A stretch of DNA of 64,000 nt from an uncultured archaeon (GTDB lineage: Archaea > Thermoplasmatota > Penumbrarchaeia > JASLWR01), in assembly GCA_964342815.1 (NCBI GenBank), contig CAYFHS010000017.1, forward strand, positions 1 to 64,000, in the 5' to 3' direction. Made by a program: the position numbers and the translations under genes. The notes beneath the pieces were generated by a model. That model searched no databases. It saw only the letters and a program-made list of their open reading frames with translations, and was not told the DNA's origin. This document shows positions 18,501 through 27,305 of this stretch, piece after piece; the first letter of the stretch is position 1, and the number at the start of each line of letters is the position of its first letter.

Positions 18501-18810
18501 ACTACAGTGCAGAGGGTGCGGGACCCAGGTTAAGAAAGGGGTTGGTTTCTGTCCAAATTGCGGAATGAATATGACCCAAGGTCAATTACCAGTTGCAGGC
18601 ATGCAGCCCGGGGTACCGCAACTGCCTCAGCAAACCACCGTTCCCGGAGGATTCGGCCCGCAGGCAGCAGGAGCTCCACCGGTCCAACAGCAACAGCAGC
18701 AGGCGCTTCCACCTGGTCCGGCACAATCCAGCGGTCCATCTCTCGATGATCTCATGGCATCTGCAACCGTGGGTTCCAGCGAACCGCCATTACCACCGCC
18801 ACCCGAATAA
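15592..18810 (+). CDS. Single-pass surface protein with carboxypeptidase-regulatory-like/PEGA beta domains, TM helix, acidic tract, double zinc ribbons and Pro/Gln tail
   Basis: AGGTGA RBS; signal peptide; G.V.......PI.GA.V repeats; TM LIYIIIGIVVLVVIFILVFIII; CTKC..FCPQCG and CRGC..FCPNCG. Confidence 0.85.
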   Translation: MKNRKITTGFIIIGLFISALTLLAPTAVAKEETRAGSVNNVGFKIIECTLIQGKYGLGYWEINVTFTVAGDSVNNAKIKVEVTSPNTNNQANETPGGTYLPGNHDVLNSIFNFSKADTYTVKATVSYDGGGPATHQDDLIFQEVVDFTIDNITLYEAPYNAAGEFGILMAKPHIISADITNIGNHKCSDISSRSGTRQEDEGLTFNVTVKTGGNQENVQPGESMLEGFKCPEPGATVNLVDVDLRFEWRPSKEATFTIEIKVTDACTDTTKTGSDNVVIKNSTQLAMDGVKTEPMDSVLQGEVFDIIVDLNTSGSNCDPMIEVGFEIKDDGNNVVFKNNITQAIEPMAAGGGGGGTSGASAIMPIYFTDVTINDAGTYTIFASVTDPVLSGSTNIEVTQIANDPPVILDMTNQDSLLSLRKDDPVYFKLKFTDTLYAENVHCWVGIDEGDLEMTCQTDEYLRNYTAGEIFEYEWSATGGENNYTMKVTDGILNVSTNVFNFHVLDVPPGYGMIKGVVRNETSSDPISGATVKIENKANGNTTEVLTNETGHYQAKLVYGVYKIQVSKAGYNTTSTEFSIADGKDVEEKNFLMSAEGVGPTEYGYLEGYVKTVDVNGSEHFIGGASIKLSGADVHWGESENGTGEYLIKPMSIGIPVGTYQVLVKKTGYKDIADTIVIKAGQNRKDFDLVLKGDDDPDLDDSFVLTIIVLSPYDAQVHIDGNAIEVDISGMYYLTLARGPHYVEVIKSGYETYKNDEIDLLSNSRIEVTLKKLGGDDDEDDDEPPVSEDSIKIKDSNGNPVVGAVIEFKIGNDTYTATTDSDGIAKFNRTIPKGTQITITTKDGEERPGTVGDDNIYTWMVESKDPEASDEGISPTLIYIIIGIVVLVVIFILVFIIIKKKGSGDDDDDDYEEDDEEEYEEETRSSGPGPSIPAVTTVSMGSCTKCGTVVPQGTTFCPQCGNNMKAAPPATLQCRGCGTQVKKGVGFCPNCGMNMTQGQLPVAGMQPGVPQLPQQTTVPGGFGPQAAGAPPVQQQQQQALPPGPAQSSGPSLDDLMASATVGSSEPPLPPPPE

Positions 18811-18876
18811 ATAATCCGCGGTCTTAATGGAATGACCAAACGGGAAAAATCCATAATCGAGGTTCTGGGAAAAATT

Positions 18877-21800
18877 TTATTCCGGTACCAATTCGGGCAA
18901 TTCATCCTCCTTTTCGCCCCCTGAGTCCCCGTGCCTATTTTTCAGGTCATCGAACCACGATCGTACTGATCGGCTAGCATCCCCTTCGACATTTGGATCA
19001 TCAACGGACGCTGCAGCAATATCCGCGTTCAGCGAATGCTCTTTTATATGAGGTTTATCTTTCTTTTCAGATACTTTATTTGAGGCAGCATTCTGAAACT
19101 TATTTATCAGGAAGTCCAGTCGTTCCTTCGTCTTCCCGTTTAAAACCATCTGTTTATCCCCGCGTCCAGCTTCATTTACCATATCCTCTTTTTCGAATAT
19201 CTTCTCCTTGGATTCTGGAACTGCGGCAGGCTCTTTAATATTTTGAGAGCTCACAACAATCCTCGGGAGCTTCGCTCCCCCAATATCCTCCGATTTAAGT
19301 TCTCGAATGATCCGGGGAGCCTTACTCTTTTTTGGCTTGCCGGACTCGGCTTTGACCTCTCGGATGATCTTCGGTAACTTTTTTTCCTTTTTCCCACCAG
19401 GCAATTCATCGTCCAAATAGTCAGGCTTCTTTCCCTCGAACTTCAAGAATGGTTTCTCCTGAAGCTCATAGGCTTGAAGAGATATTTCCTCCGGGAATTT
19501 CCCCTTTATCTCTTCGGATGGAAAAGCAGGCACGGAACCTGTTTCCACGGCGGTTAACTCCGGCAATAAAAGTTCGGGCTGAGGACTTTTTACAGCCGAT
19601 CCCTGCCCAAAGGAATCAGGGAACTTTGGAACTATCATCGCACTTTCATCGATGATCTTGCCCGATTTCGAATATTTGAATCCCTTTTGAAATGATGGAT
19701 CCGACGGAACAACCCTTCCGGTCTCATCCTTTGATGATTTTTTCTTCTGCCGCGAATAATCTATCTTTACTTCCCGGGGTTCCATATCCTCAATGATCGA
19801 CCTTTTCCTGCTCTTCCTCCTCGATATAACAATAAACAGCACAATTATGAACAACAATACGATCCCAATACCTCCCAACAAGTAGTAATACCAGCCTGAA
19901 AGTTGGCTCGAAACACTCCCGTCAACGCTCTCGCCCATCTGCTTTTCCTTTACTTTGATCTCCAGTAGTATGAAATCTCCGGGCTTCTCTTCTGAATCCC
20001 TCAACTGGAGCCGAGCGATGTATGTACCTGCCTGTGAATATGAATATGTGGTTTCCTCATTCTTTATCCATTCGGTTGTGTCACCATCGCCAAACACGAA
20101 AAGGAATTCTTCAGCTTCTTCACGGTGATTTATCGACCGAAACGTTACAATCTCTCCTACAACGGGCGTCTCCGGTATCACTATGAGATAAGCGTCGAGC
20201 CGGTTCTTTGTTGAAAGAACTGTCAGATTGTAGCTAATTTCAGAGGACCACAATCCATGGCTATCCTTTAATTTGAAATAAATGATATGTTCTCCTGCAC
20301 TCAACGTTTTTTCGAATTCGGGATCATCTGATAGAAAACCATCCAACGAGGAACGCCATGAATACTCTTCAAACTGACCGCTGCCACCTGAACCACGGCC
20401 TCTAAAGGTTATTTCATCCTCTTCCTTTGGAAGGGCGGGCTCCATCAGCTCGATCCTCGCAACGGGAGCGCCTTCTTTCCCCTCTACCACCAGCAAGCTC
20501 TGGAAAGGAGGGGACAACCTAGCACCCGAATCCCTGACGCGGAGGCTGATGATATGGTGTCCAACGGAGAGTGATTTTATCTTGAACGAAGCGGTTCTTG
20601 CCAGCTCCCCGTCAATGTCTGAGAACCAGATATATTCCACGATCTCCCCGGTTTTTGCCTCACCGCGACCTATTAGCGCGACTTCCCCATCCTGGACGGA
20701 TGGATTTGGATGGATATTTTCGATAGATGCAGTTGGGGCTGCATCGGTATCCATGACCAAAAGCTCCTTCTTTACCTCGGCGGACCATAGGCTGGCCGAG
20801 TCCCTGACCGAAAAAAATATGACATGTCTTCCGGCGGTTAACGAGGAACTTGTGAAGGTGTCGCTACTCGAAAGCAAACCATCTCGATCGGAACGCCAGC
20901 GGAATTCAATGTGGATACCGGTTCCGCCATTTCCTTTTCCCATGAAAGAAACAGCTTCTCCCGTATACAATGGCGAAGGTGCGATGGAAATTATCTCTGC
21001 AATGGGTGCATCGTCGTCCATCCTGATCGTTACAGAACCGGTAACTTCTGAGGACCAGCGTGCTTTACTGTCCTGAACCTTGAAATATATGATATGATCA
21101 CCGACAGAGAGGTTGTTGGCCATGAAGGCAGCTTTACCGGATATGGTTCCATCGATGTCGGAACGCCACATATACTTAATATAAGTGCCGCTGCCCCCTT
21201 TGGCTGAACCTTCGAAGGACACTTTTTCTCCGTAACTGCATTCTGCAGGTGAAATCGATTCTATTTGAGCAGTGGCGGCACCCGGATCGGCTTTTACAGT
21301 AAAGACCTGTGTGGCCGATTCACTCCAGACGCCGTGTGAATCCCCGCACTGGAAATAAATAGTATGAATTCCAACGGAAAGAGTCCCGGTAGAAAATTCC
21401 GCCATGTCTGATATATATCCGTCGATGGACGACTGCCATTTATATTCAGTTATCCCGCCGGTCCCACCAGTCCCGGCACCCGATAAGCTTACCTCACCGC
21501 CGTATGTAGTTGTCGATGGTGAGATACTTTTTATTATCGCTGTGGGTAGGGGATTAATGTCGATATCCACTGTGGTCGGCAAGGACCACACTCCAAGTCC
21601 GTCCCTGACCTTGAAAGAGACATGATATGTCCCTGCCTCCTCGTACCCATGTGAAGGGGAAGAACTTTGATCTGCGATGTCATCCCCGAAATCCCATTGA
21701 TATTCTTTGATCCCGGCGGTACCTCTAGTACCAGAACCGGAGAACTGGATCTCCTCTGAGACCGTGGCGGGATTGAGGCTTACGGATTCCAAAACCGCAA

Positions 21801-24357
21801 GCGGTAGTGGATTGATCTCGACGGTACGCGTAATGAGCTGAGACCATATATCATGGGAATCCTTTACTTTAAAAGTTACCGTGTACGTGCCTTCTTTCAC
21901 GTATGCATGATCCACGTTAGCGGCATCGTCTGCATCCGAGTCGCCGAAGTCCCACATAAATCCGACAACACCGCCAGTTCCCCCGGAACCCGAGCCTGAA
22001 AATGAAACGGGAATTCCCACCGTGGCCGGATTCGGAGCCATAGATAAAATTTCCCCCAAGGGTAGGGGATTTATCAGTACCGTACCCGACACCGGCACCG
22101 ACCAGATGTTGTGGGAATCCTTTACCTTGAGAGTGATAGTGTAAGTACCCGGCTTTGCGTAAATATGTGTGGGTTCCTGGATATTCGATGTAGAAGTGTC
22201 ACCCAGGTCCCAGTAGTACTCACCTATGCCTCCGGTTCCCCCGGAGGCGGCTGCAATTAGCTTTACCGGTTCCGTGAGGGTGGCAGCGGCCGGGGCAATC
22301 GAGCTTATCTCGGCAGTGGGTCTTTCATTCACTGTAACAGCCACCGAGGCCACGGGAGACCAAACGTCTTGGCTGTCCTGGACCTTCAATTTAACGGAGT
22401 AGCTTCCCTCCCGATTGTATGCATGGGTGGGATTCTGTGCCGATGAGGAAGAACCGTCGTCGAAATCCCAGAGGTAGCTCAATGAGCCGGTCCCCCGTGA
22501 GCCGCTTCCCGAAAATGAGATTATCTCAGTTGCCGTTGCGGGATTGGACCTCACCGATATTATGGTCGCCTGAGGGATTTGATTTACCACCACGGTGGAG
22601 GTCGCAGCTGCTGACCAGATATTATGGTTGTCTTTTACTCTGAAAGATACCGTATATGTACCAGCAGTCGAATAGCTGTGTGTGGGCGTGCGTGAGGACG
22701 ATGTCTTGGTATCGCCGAAATCCCATTCGTATGAGAGTGAGCCCGTGCCGTGGGCTCCGGTCCCGGTGAAACTGATACTAACGCCGACAGTAGCCGGATT
22801 GGGAGAGAGCCCGCTTATGGTTGCCGTGGGTTTGCGGTTTATGGTTATCTGGTAATTCACCCATGGAGTGTAGGTATCGTGACTGTCCTTTGCCCTGAAT
22901 TTGACCGTAAAGGTACCATGACCCGTGTAAACGTGATTTGGCGCCTCGCCGGTGGTGGTGCTGCCATCACCGAAATTCCAGTCTGCCATGCTCATGGGCC
23001 CCCACCCTCCTGACATGCTGCCCTTGAACGACACTCTCTCGGAGACAGTGGCTGGGTCCGGCGAAACCGTATCTATGGATGCTGCGGGCTTGGCGTGTAC
23101 TACAATGGTTTTAATATCGGAATCGGTCCGAGCCTGGTCATCGGTTACTGTTAGCTGTACGTTAAATGTGCCTGGATTGTTGAATCTGTGCGACGGGTTG
23201 ACCGACTGTGAGGTTCCCCCGTCCCCAAAATTCCAGCGGTAGGAATATGGTGACAAACCGCCCTTGGTACTCGAAGAAAAGCTTACGTCGAATGGAGCAT
23301 ATCCCTCCGCCGTATTTGCAGAAACTGTGGTTGCCAGGTCGGTGGCGGTGTAATCAAGGCTGATCCAGACGTCATCTAGCCAGAATTTGAAATATTCGAA
23401 ATTGTAAGGCCATGAGCCATATAAACGGGTTTGGAGACCAAAGATAAGAACGAATTCCCTGCTGTTCACGGCATGTGTGTTAAAAAAATTAGGCAGGTTC
23501 CCGCCTCCGCTGAGAGAGTCCAGTAACTTATTGTTAACGCTCACGGAAGGATTGGTAACACCTGAGGCCTGATCGTTTGGATCCCAGAAATCCAGGCACT
23601 TCCCGTTGCTGTCGGCCAATGGATCGGATGACGTCTTGAAATGTTCCAACATGGGATAGGTATTGCCATCCCCAATGAACGACGTCAGTATCACAAAATT
23701 GTTATTGTGATCGAAATCACCGCTGGATATCTTGTAATCGGCCCATACCCTGGCACCGGTTATGGTGTAATCGTCCCAGTATATGTAGTCGTCAAGGTCG
23801 AACCATCGGTAACACCGGGCATATCCCCTGCTGTCCTCGCTTACGGCAATACCCCCGTTCTCACCGGCTTGTACGCACCAGGCGCCGGCGGCACCCGTGC
23901 CATCCGCAAGATCTTCATCGGGCCTGACACGACTGTATATTCCCTCGCCGTTGGTCCAGGTCTGGGGTACGTCCTCGGTATCGTCAAAATCATCATTGGT
24001 TATGGCTTCCTGAGTGATCCAGCCATTCTTGTGGGCCAGAGACCAGTCACCTGGATGATTGTGATTACCATCCTCGAAATTCATACCCTGGCCTCCCTGA
24101 CCAGGTGTGAAATCCATTCCAACATTGGCGTTCACGGCCCTAGACAGAGGGATTTTTACGGTCCCCTGCATATCATGGTTCGCGGGCTCATCATGGTCCT
24201 CCTCAAGAGACAAATCAACGATCGTGGATACCGGTGAGTTTTTCTCTTTTCCCGCAGTAGATCCAAAATTGGTTGCGAGGAGAGCTAATGATGCAATGAT
24301 GATTACGGTAAAGACTATAATAGTCGTTCTTGACCCGACCTGGTCTGTTTTTCCCAT
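18877..24357 (-). CDS. Giant PKD-repeat surface protein with C-terminal TM and charged cytoplasmic tail
   Basis: About a dozen PKD-like repeats (Y.WDFGDG.....P.H.Y...GTY.V...V.D; later variants Y.W.S..DG); TM YYYLLGGIGIVLLFIIVLFIVIS. Confidence 0.9.
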   Translation of the reverse strand: MGKTDQVGSRTTIIVFTVIIIASLALLATNFGSTAGKEKNSPVSTIVDLSLEEDHDEPANHDMQGTVKIPLSRAVNANVGMDFTPGQGGQGMNFEDGNHNHPGDWSLAHKNGWITQEAITNDDFDDTEDVPQTWTNGEGIYSRVRPDEDLADGTGAAGAWCVQAGENGGIAVSEDSRGYARCYRWFDLDDYIYWDDYTITGARVWADYKISSGDFDHNNNFVILTSFIGDGNTYPMLEHFKTSSDPLADSNGKCLDFWDPNDQASGVTNPSVSVNNKLLDSLSGGGNLPNFFNTHAVNSREFVLIFGLQTRLYGSWPYNFEYFKFWLDDVWISLDYTATDLATTVSANTAEGYAPFDVSFSSSTKGGLSPYSYRWNFGDGGTSQSVNPSHRFNNPGTFNVQLTVTDDQARTDSDIKTIVVHAKPAASIDTVSPDPATVSERVSFKGSMSGGWGPMSMADWNFGDGSTTTGEAPNHVYTGHGTFTVKFRAKDSHDTYTPWVNYQITINRKPTATISGLSPNPATVGVSISFTGTGAHGTGSLSYEWDFGDTKTSSSRTPTHSYSTAGTYTVSFRVKDNHNIWSAAATSTVVVNQIPQATIISVRSNPATATEIISFSGSGSRGTGSLSYLWDFDDGSSSSAQNPTHAYNREGSYSVKLKVQDSQDVWSPVASVAVTVNERPTAEISSIAPAAATLTEPVKLIAAASGGTGGIGEYYWDLGDTSTSNIQEPTHIYAKPGTYTITLKVKDSHNIWSVPVSGTVLINPLPLGEILSMAPNPATVGIPVSFSGSGSGGTGGVVGFMWDFGDSDADDAANVDHAYVKEGTYTVTFKVKDSHDIWSQLITRTVEINPLPLAVLESVSLNPATVSEEIQFSGSGTRGTAGIKEYQWDFGDDIADQSSSPSHGYEEAGTYHVSFKVRDGLGVWSLPTTVDIDINPLPTAIIKSISPSTTTYGGEVSLSGAGTGGTGGITEYKWQSSIDGYISDMAEFSTGTLSVGIHTIYFQCGDSHGVWSESATQVFTVKADPGAATAQIESISPAECSYGEKVSFEGSAKGGSGTYIKYMWRSDIDGTISGKAAFMANNLSVGDHIIYFKVQDSKARWSSEVTGSVTIRMDDDAPIAEIISIAPSPLYTGEAVSFMGKGNGGTGIHIEFRWRSDRDGLLSSSDTFTSSSLTAGRHVIFFSVRDSASLWSAEVKKELLVMDTDAAPTASIENIHPNPSVQDGEVALIGRGEAKTGEIVEYIWFSDIDGELARTASFKIKSLSVGHHIISLRVRDSGARLSPPFQSLLVVEGKEGAPVARIELMEPALPKEEDEITFRGRGSGGSGQFEEYSWRSSLDGFLSDDPEFEKTLSAGEHIIYFKLKDSHGLWSSEISYNLTVLSTKNRLDAYLIVIPETPVVGEIVTFRSINHREEAEEFLFVFGDGDTTEWIKNEETTYSYSQAGTYIARLQLRDSEEKPGDFILLEIKVKEKQMGESVDGSVSSQLSGWYYYLLGGIGIVLLFIIVLFIVISRRKSRKRSIIEDMEPREVKIDYSRQKKKSSKDETGRVVPSDPSFQKGFKYSKSGKIIDESAMIVPKFPDSFGQGSAVKSPQPELLLPELTAVETGSVPAFPSEEIKGKFPEEISLQAYELQEKPFLKFEGKKPDYLDDELPGGKKEKKLPKIIREVKAESGKPKKSKAPRIIRELKSEDIGGAKLPRIVVSSQNIKEPAAVPESKEKIFEKEDMVNEAGRGDKQMVLNGKTKERLDFLINKFQNAASNKVSEKKDKPHIKEHSLNADIAAASVDDPNVEGDASRSVRSWFDDLKNRHGDSGGEKEDELPELVPE

Positions 24358-24605
24358 TTAAATCCCTCGACAATCGGTAAAATTATAAGTCGAACAAAGC
24401 CAATACATAGAAATCGGTCATTATAAAGGTTTCTTTTCAATTGACTGCATACCTAAAGGCTGTTTCATATGGATTTTCATATCACCGAAATATTAATCTA
24501 TCTAATATCCATATACACTTTACGCCCCCCAGAAGGCTGTTTTGAAAGGTATGAACACCGTTTTCGGCGCTTTATTCCTGGTAGGTAAATGCTTATCATA
24601 TGATA

Positions 24606-24730
24606 TCCAGTGCAAGGCGGGGGCAATAACCGGTCCAGTATGGGTCCCCGGTCGACCGTGGTTTTAAACCTGGAATGAGACAAGGGCCAACCCCTGGACC
24701 GCACAAGCCCCCGTCGGGTCAGTGCATGGA
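24606..24730. ncRNA. Candidate ~125-nt long irregular hairpin RNA of unknown function
   Basis: Nested stems TCCA-TGCA/TGCATGGA, GCGGGGGC/GCCCCCGT, CGGTCCAG/CTGGACCG; GC-rich stretch in an AT-rich intergenic region. Confidence 0.4.
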
Positions 24731-24885
24731 GAATTGTCTATGAAGATGCATGTTAAGATGGGGGTATACTTTTTTTGGGGACCAATATAATTCTCGTTGG
24801 TGATTTCTCCACTACACGCAGTCGGGGTTAAATCTAAATATCAACTATGCGATTAGCGAGATATAGTAATTTCAGAGGTTATCTC

Positions 24886-25794
24886 ATGGCTGCCAAAGAC
24901 ACAGACTCTCTTATTGAAGAAGGTTTTAACAGTATAGAGAATGGAAAGTATAAAAAGGCGATCAAGACCTTCGACAAAGTGATAAAACAATCCCCCAACG
25001 ACCCTCTGGGTTATTTCGGGAAAGCCGAGGCTTCCGTGGGAGATACACGCCTTTCGTTGATGGACCTCTCGAAGCTTTACCGGAAGGCAACTGAGCTGGA
25101 GCCACTCAATGACCAGTATCTCTCGGCCTATGCGGATTTTTGTCTCTCGAACGGGCTTCTAGACAAGGGTGCTCAATTGTACGAGAAGGTCGCCGAACTG
25201 GTACCCGAGAACGCACCGGCGGTGTATATCGATCTCGCGTACGGTTACTGTAATTATGGTATGCTGTTTCTGGAGAGGCAGCCTGGAAAGGAGAAAGAAG
25301 ACATTTACCGGGAATCATTCGGATATCTTAAAAAAGGACTTGGCCTTGGAGAAGAAGAAGTTACTACATATCTAGATAAACTGGTGAAATACGAGGAGAG
25401 CGGCACAGACGGTTTGCTGGAACTGTCTTTTGGAGAAAAGCTAGCCGAAAGCGAAAGGAAAGCTATAAAGGAGGATTCTCAATTGGAAGAACTTGACGTG
25501 ATGTGCTCGAATTCACAAGACCCTCTCACGTTATTGGAATTTGGCCAGGAGTTCTTCTTTGCCGGACTACCCCTGACCGGAGAAAAATATTATCTGGAGG
25601 CCGCAGGAATGGATGAGGAAATGGGTTTCGAGATATACAACGATCTTGCGTCTCTTCTATACATGGCAGGTGGAGAAATGTCGGAAAGAGGAGTCATTGC
25701 AGGAGATGAGTCTGACGAAATTAAAGCGAAATCCCTCTATTATTCCATTAGAGCGATGAAACTCAGTGTCGGTAAAATAAGGGGCATTTTGTAA
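24886..25794 (+). CDS. TPR-containing protein with internal duplication
   Basis: GAGGT RBS before ATG 24886; TPR helices G.Y.KA...FDKVI...PNDP.GYFGKA. Confidence 0.8.
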   Translation: MAAKDTDSLIEEGFNSIENGKYKKAIKTFDKVIKQSPNDPLGYFGKAEASVGDTRLSLMDLSKLYRKATELEPLNDQYLSAYADFCLSNGLLDKGAQLYEKVAELVPENAPAVYIDLAYGYCNYGMLFLERQPGKEKEDIYRESFGYLKKGLGLGEEEVTTYLDKLVKYEESGTDGLLELSFGEKLAESERKAIKEDSQLEELDVMCSNSQDPLTLLEFGQEFFFAGLPLTGEKYYLEAAGMDEEMGFEIYNDLASLLYMAGGEMSERGVIAGDESDEIKAKSLYYSIRAMKLSVGKIRGIL

Positions 25795-25870
25795 GGCAAG
25801 GCAACGGGTAATTAAAAAATTTCAATAAATACAAGTCCATTTAACGCTGCTAACAGTATCGGGTGATATT

Positions 25871-26374
25871 ATGATCTGCGAATTATGCGGTAATGACGCT
25901 CCGAGATTGAGCGCGACACTTATTGAAGAGAGCATTCTGCAAGTTTGTTCAAGGTGCTCAAGGTACGGTGTGCGCCAGGGGAGACCGGCGGAAGATAAGA
26001 CTTCCGAGGACGGAGATTCCGTGGAGGAACGTTTGGAAAAGAGGGAAAGGAGACAAAAAGGCCGGGACATATATACCAATATCACAAACGAGCTGGTAAC
26101 TGATTATGATCTCAAGATACGCCAGGGACGGCAGAAAATGGGACTTAACCAGAAAAAACTGGCCAGGCTGATACAGGAAAAACAATCGATAATCGCCAAG
26201 CTGGAAACGAAATCCATAAGACCTGATGATCGGCTAGTAAAAAAGTTAGAATCAGCTCTTGGTATCAAACTCACCGAGAATGTGGAGGTCTCCACTGAGA
26301 AAAGGAGAACTTCATCGGCGGGACTCACCATCGGCGAAATGATAATGATGCAGATGAAGGGTAATAAAAAGTGA
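25871..26374 (+). CDS. mbf1: Archaeal multiprotein bridging factor aMBF1 (Zn ribbon + HTH)
   Basis: MICELCG, VCSRC..YG, IRQGRQKMGLNQ..LA, LESALGIKL, LTIGE; GGTGAT RBS. Confidence 0.92.
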   Translation: MICELCGNDAPRLSATLIEESILQVCSRCSRYGVRQGRPAEDKTSEDGDSVEERLEKRERRQKGRDIYTNITNELVTDYDLKIRQGRQKMGLNQKKLARLIQEKQSIIAKLETKSIRPDDRLVKKLESALGIKLTENVEVSTEKRRTSSAGLTIGEMIMMQMKGNKK

Positions 26375-26380
26375 TTTTCC

Positions 26381-27202
26381 ATGTCTGCGGATATCTTCAT
26401 TAGCGTGGTGGTGACGGTTTTCAACGAAGAGAATAACATGCCTGATTTTCTGGATTCATTCATCAATCAGGAAAGCCCTTTCGAGGTCCTCATTGTGGAT
26501 GCAGGGTCTGCAGATGATACTCAGAGGATAGTTCGCTCCTATGAAAGAAAATACGATTTTATTAAACTGGAGATATTCCCCGGTACCAGAGGCGAGAGCA
26601 GGAATAGAGGTATTGAGATCGCCCAAGGAGATGTTATTGCATTCATTGACGGGGACACAATGGCGCACCCGTTCTGGTTGAAAGAATTGAGAAAAAGTTT
26701 CTTGCGGTCTGATGTGGTTGGAGGCCGGCTGGTCAATTTTGGGTACCAGCCCTTTGTGGAACTTGGGAGGGTGGAGGTTTTCTATAAAGGGTATGATCTG
26801 TCGCTTCCCTCATGCAATCTTGCCTTTAAAAAGAAAGTACTGGATCAGGTTGGCGGTTTCGATCCGGTTTTCATAACAGCTGAAGATATGGACCTTAACC
26901 TGAGATCGGTGATGGCGGGATATTCCATTGAATACAATGAAAACGCTATCGTATATCACCACGCGCGGTCCACCATTGTTGCATTTTTCAAGCAAGCCTT
27001 CTGGAACGGCGTTGGGAGAAAGCAGCTTGAGATGAAACACGGAAGTCTCTGGGGGAGTTATGATATAGGAGAGCTTCTCACAAGAAAGACCAATGTCTGG
27101 TATTTTATCAGGATGGGGGTGGGGATCGGGGGATACGTAGCATGTACTCTTACCCGGGAAAAAAAATATTTTCCGAAACCGTCAAAAGCTAAGGAGAATT
27201 AG
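26381..27202 (+). CDS. Family 2 glycosyltransferase
   Basis: ISVVVTVFNEE, VDAGSADDT, SRNRG, FIDGD, GGFDP.F..AEDMDL. Confidence 0.9.
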   Translation: MSADIFISVVVTVFNEENNMPDFLDSFINQESPFEVLIVDAGSADDTQRIVRSYERKYDFIKLEIFPGTRGESRNRGIEIAQGDVIAFIDGDTMAHPFWLKELRKSFLRSDVVGGRLVNFGYQPFVELGRVEVFYKGYDLSLPSCNLAFKKKVLDQVGGFDPVFITAEDMDLNLRSVMAGYSIEYNENAIVYHHARSTIVAFFKQAFWNGVGRKQLEMKHGSLWGSYDIGELLTRKTNVWYFIRMGVGIGGYVACTLTREKKYFPKPSKAKEN

Positions 27203-27305
27203 CTAAACATCATAGCTGAGATATGCATCGCAAGGTACATATGTATCATATTCCTTCACCCGTAAGAGATTTATATATTAACCTGCTAATCAAGGGTTGA
27301 TTTTG

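Noticed and set aside
24606-24730. 5S rRNA, cobalamin riboswitch or ORB interpretation of the GC-rich hairpin
   Set aside because: It folds as one long stem rather than the 5S Y-shape; only a partial GCCCCCGC B12-box; TCCAGTG lacks GAAAC
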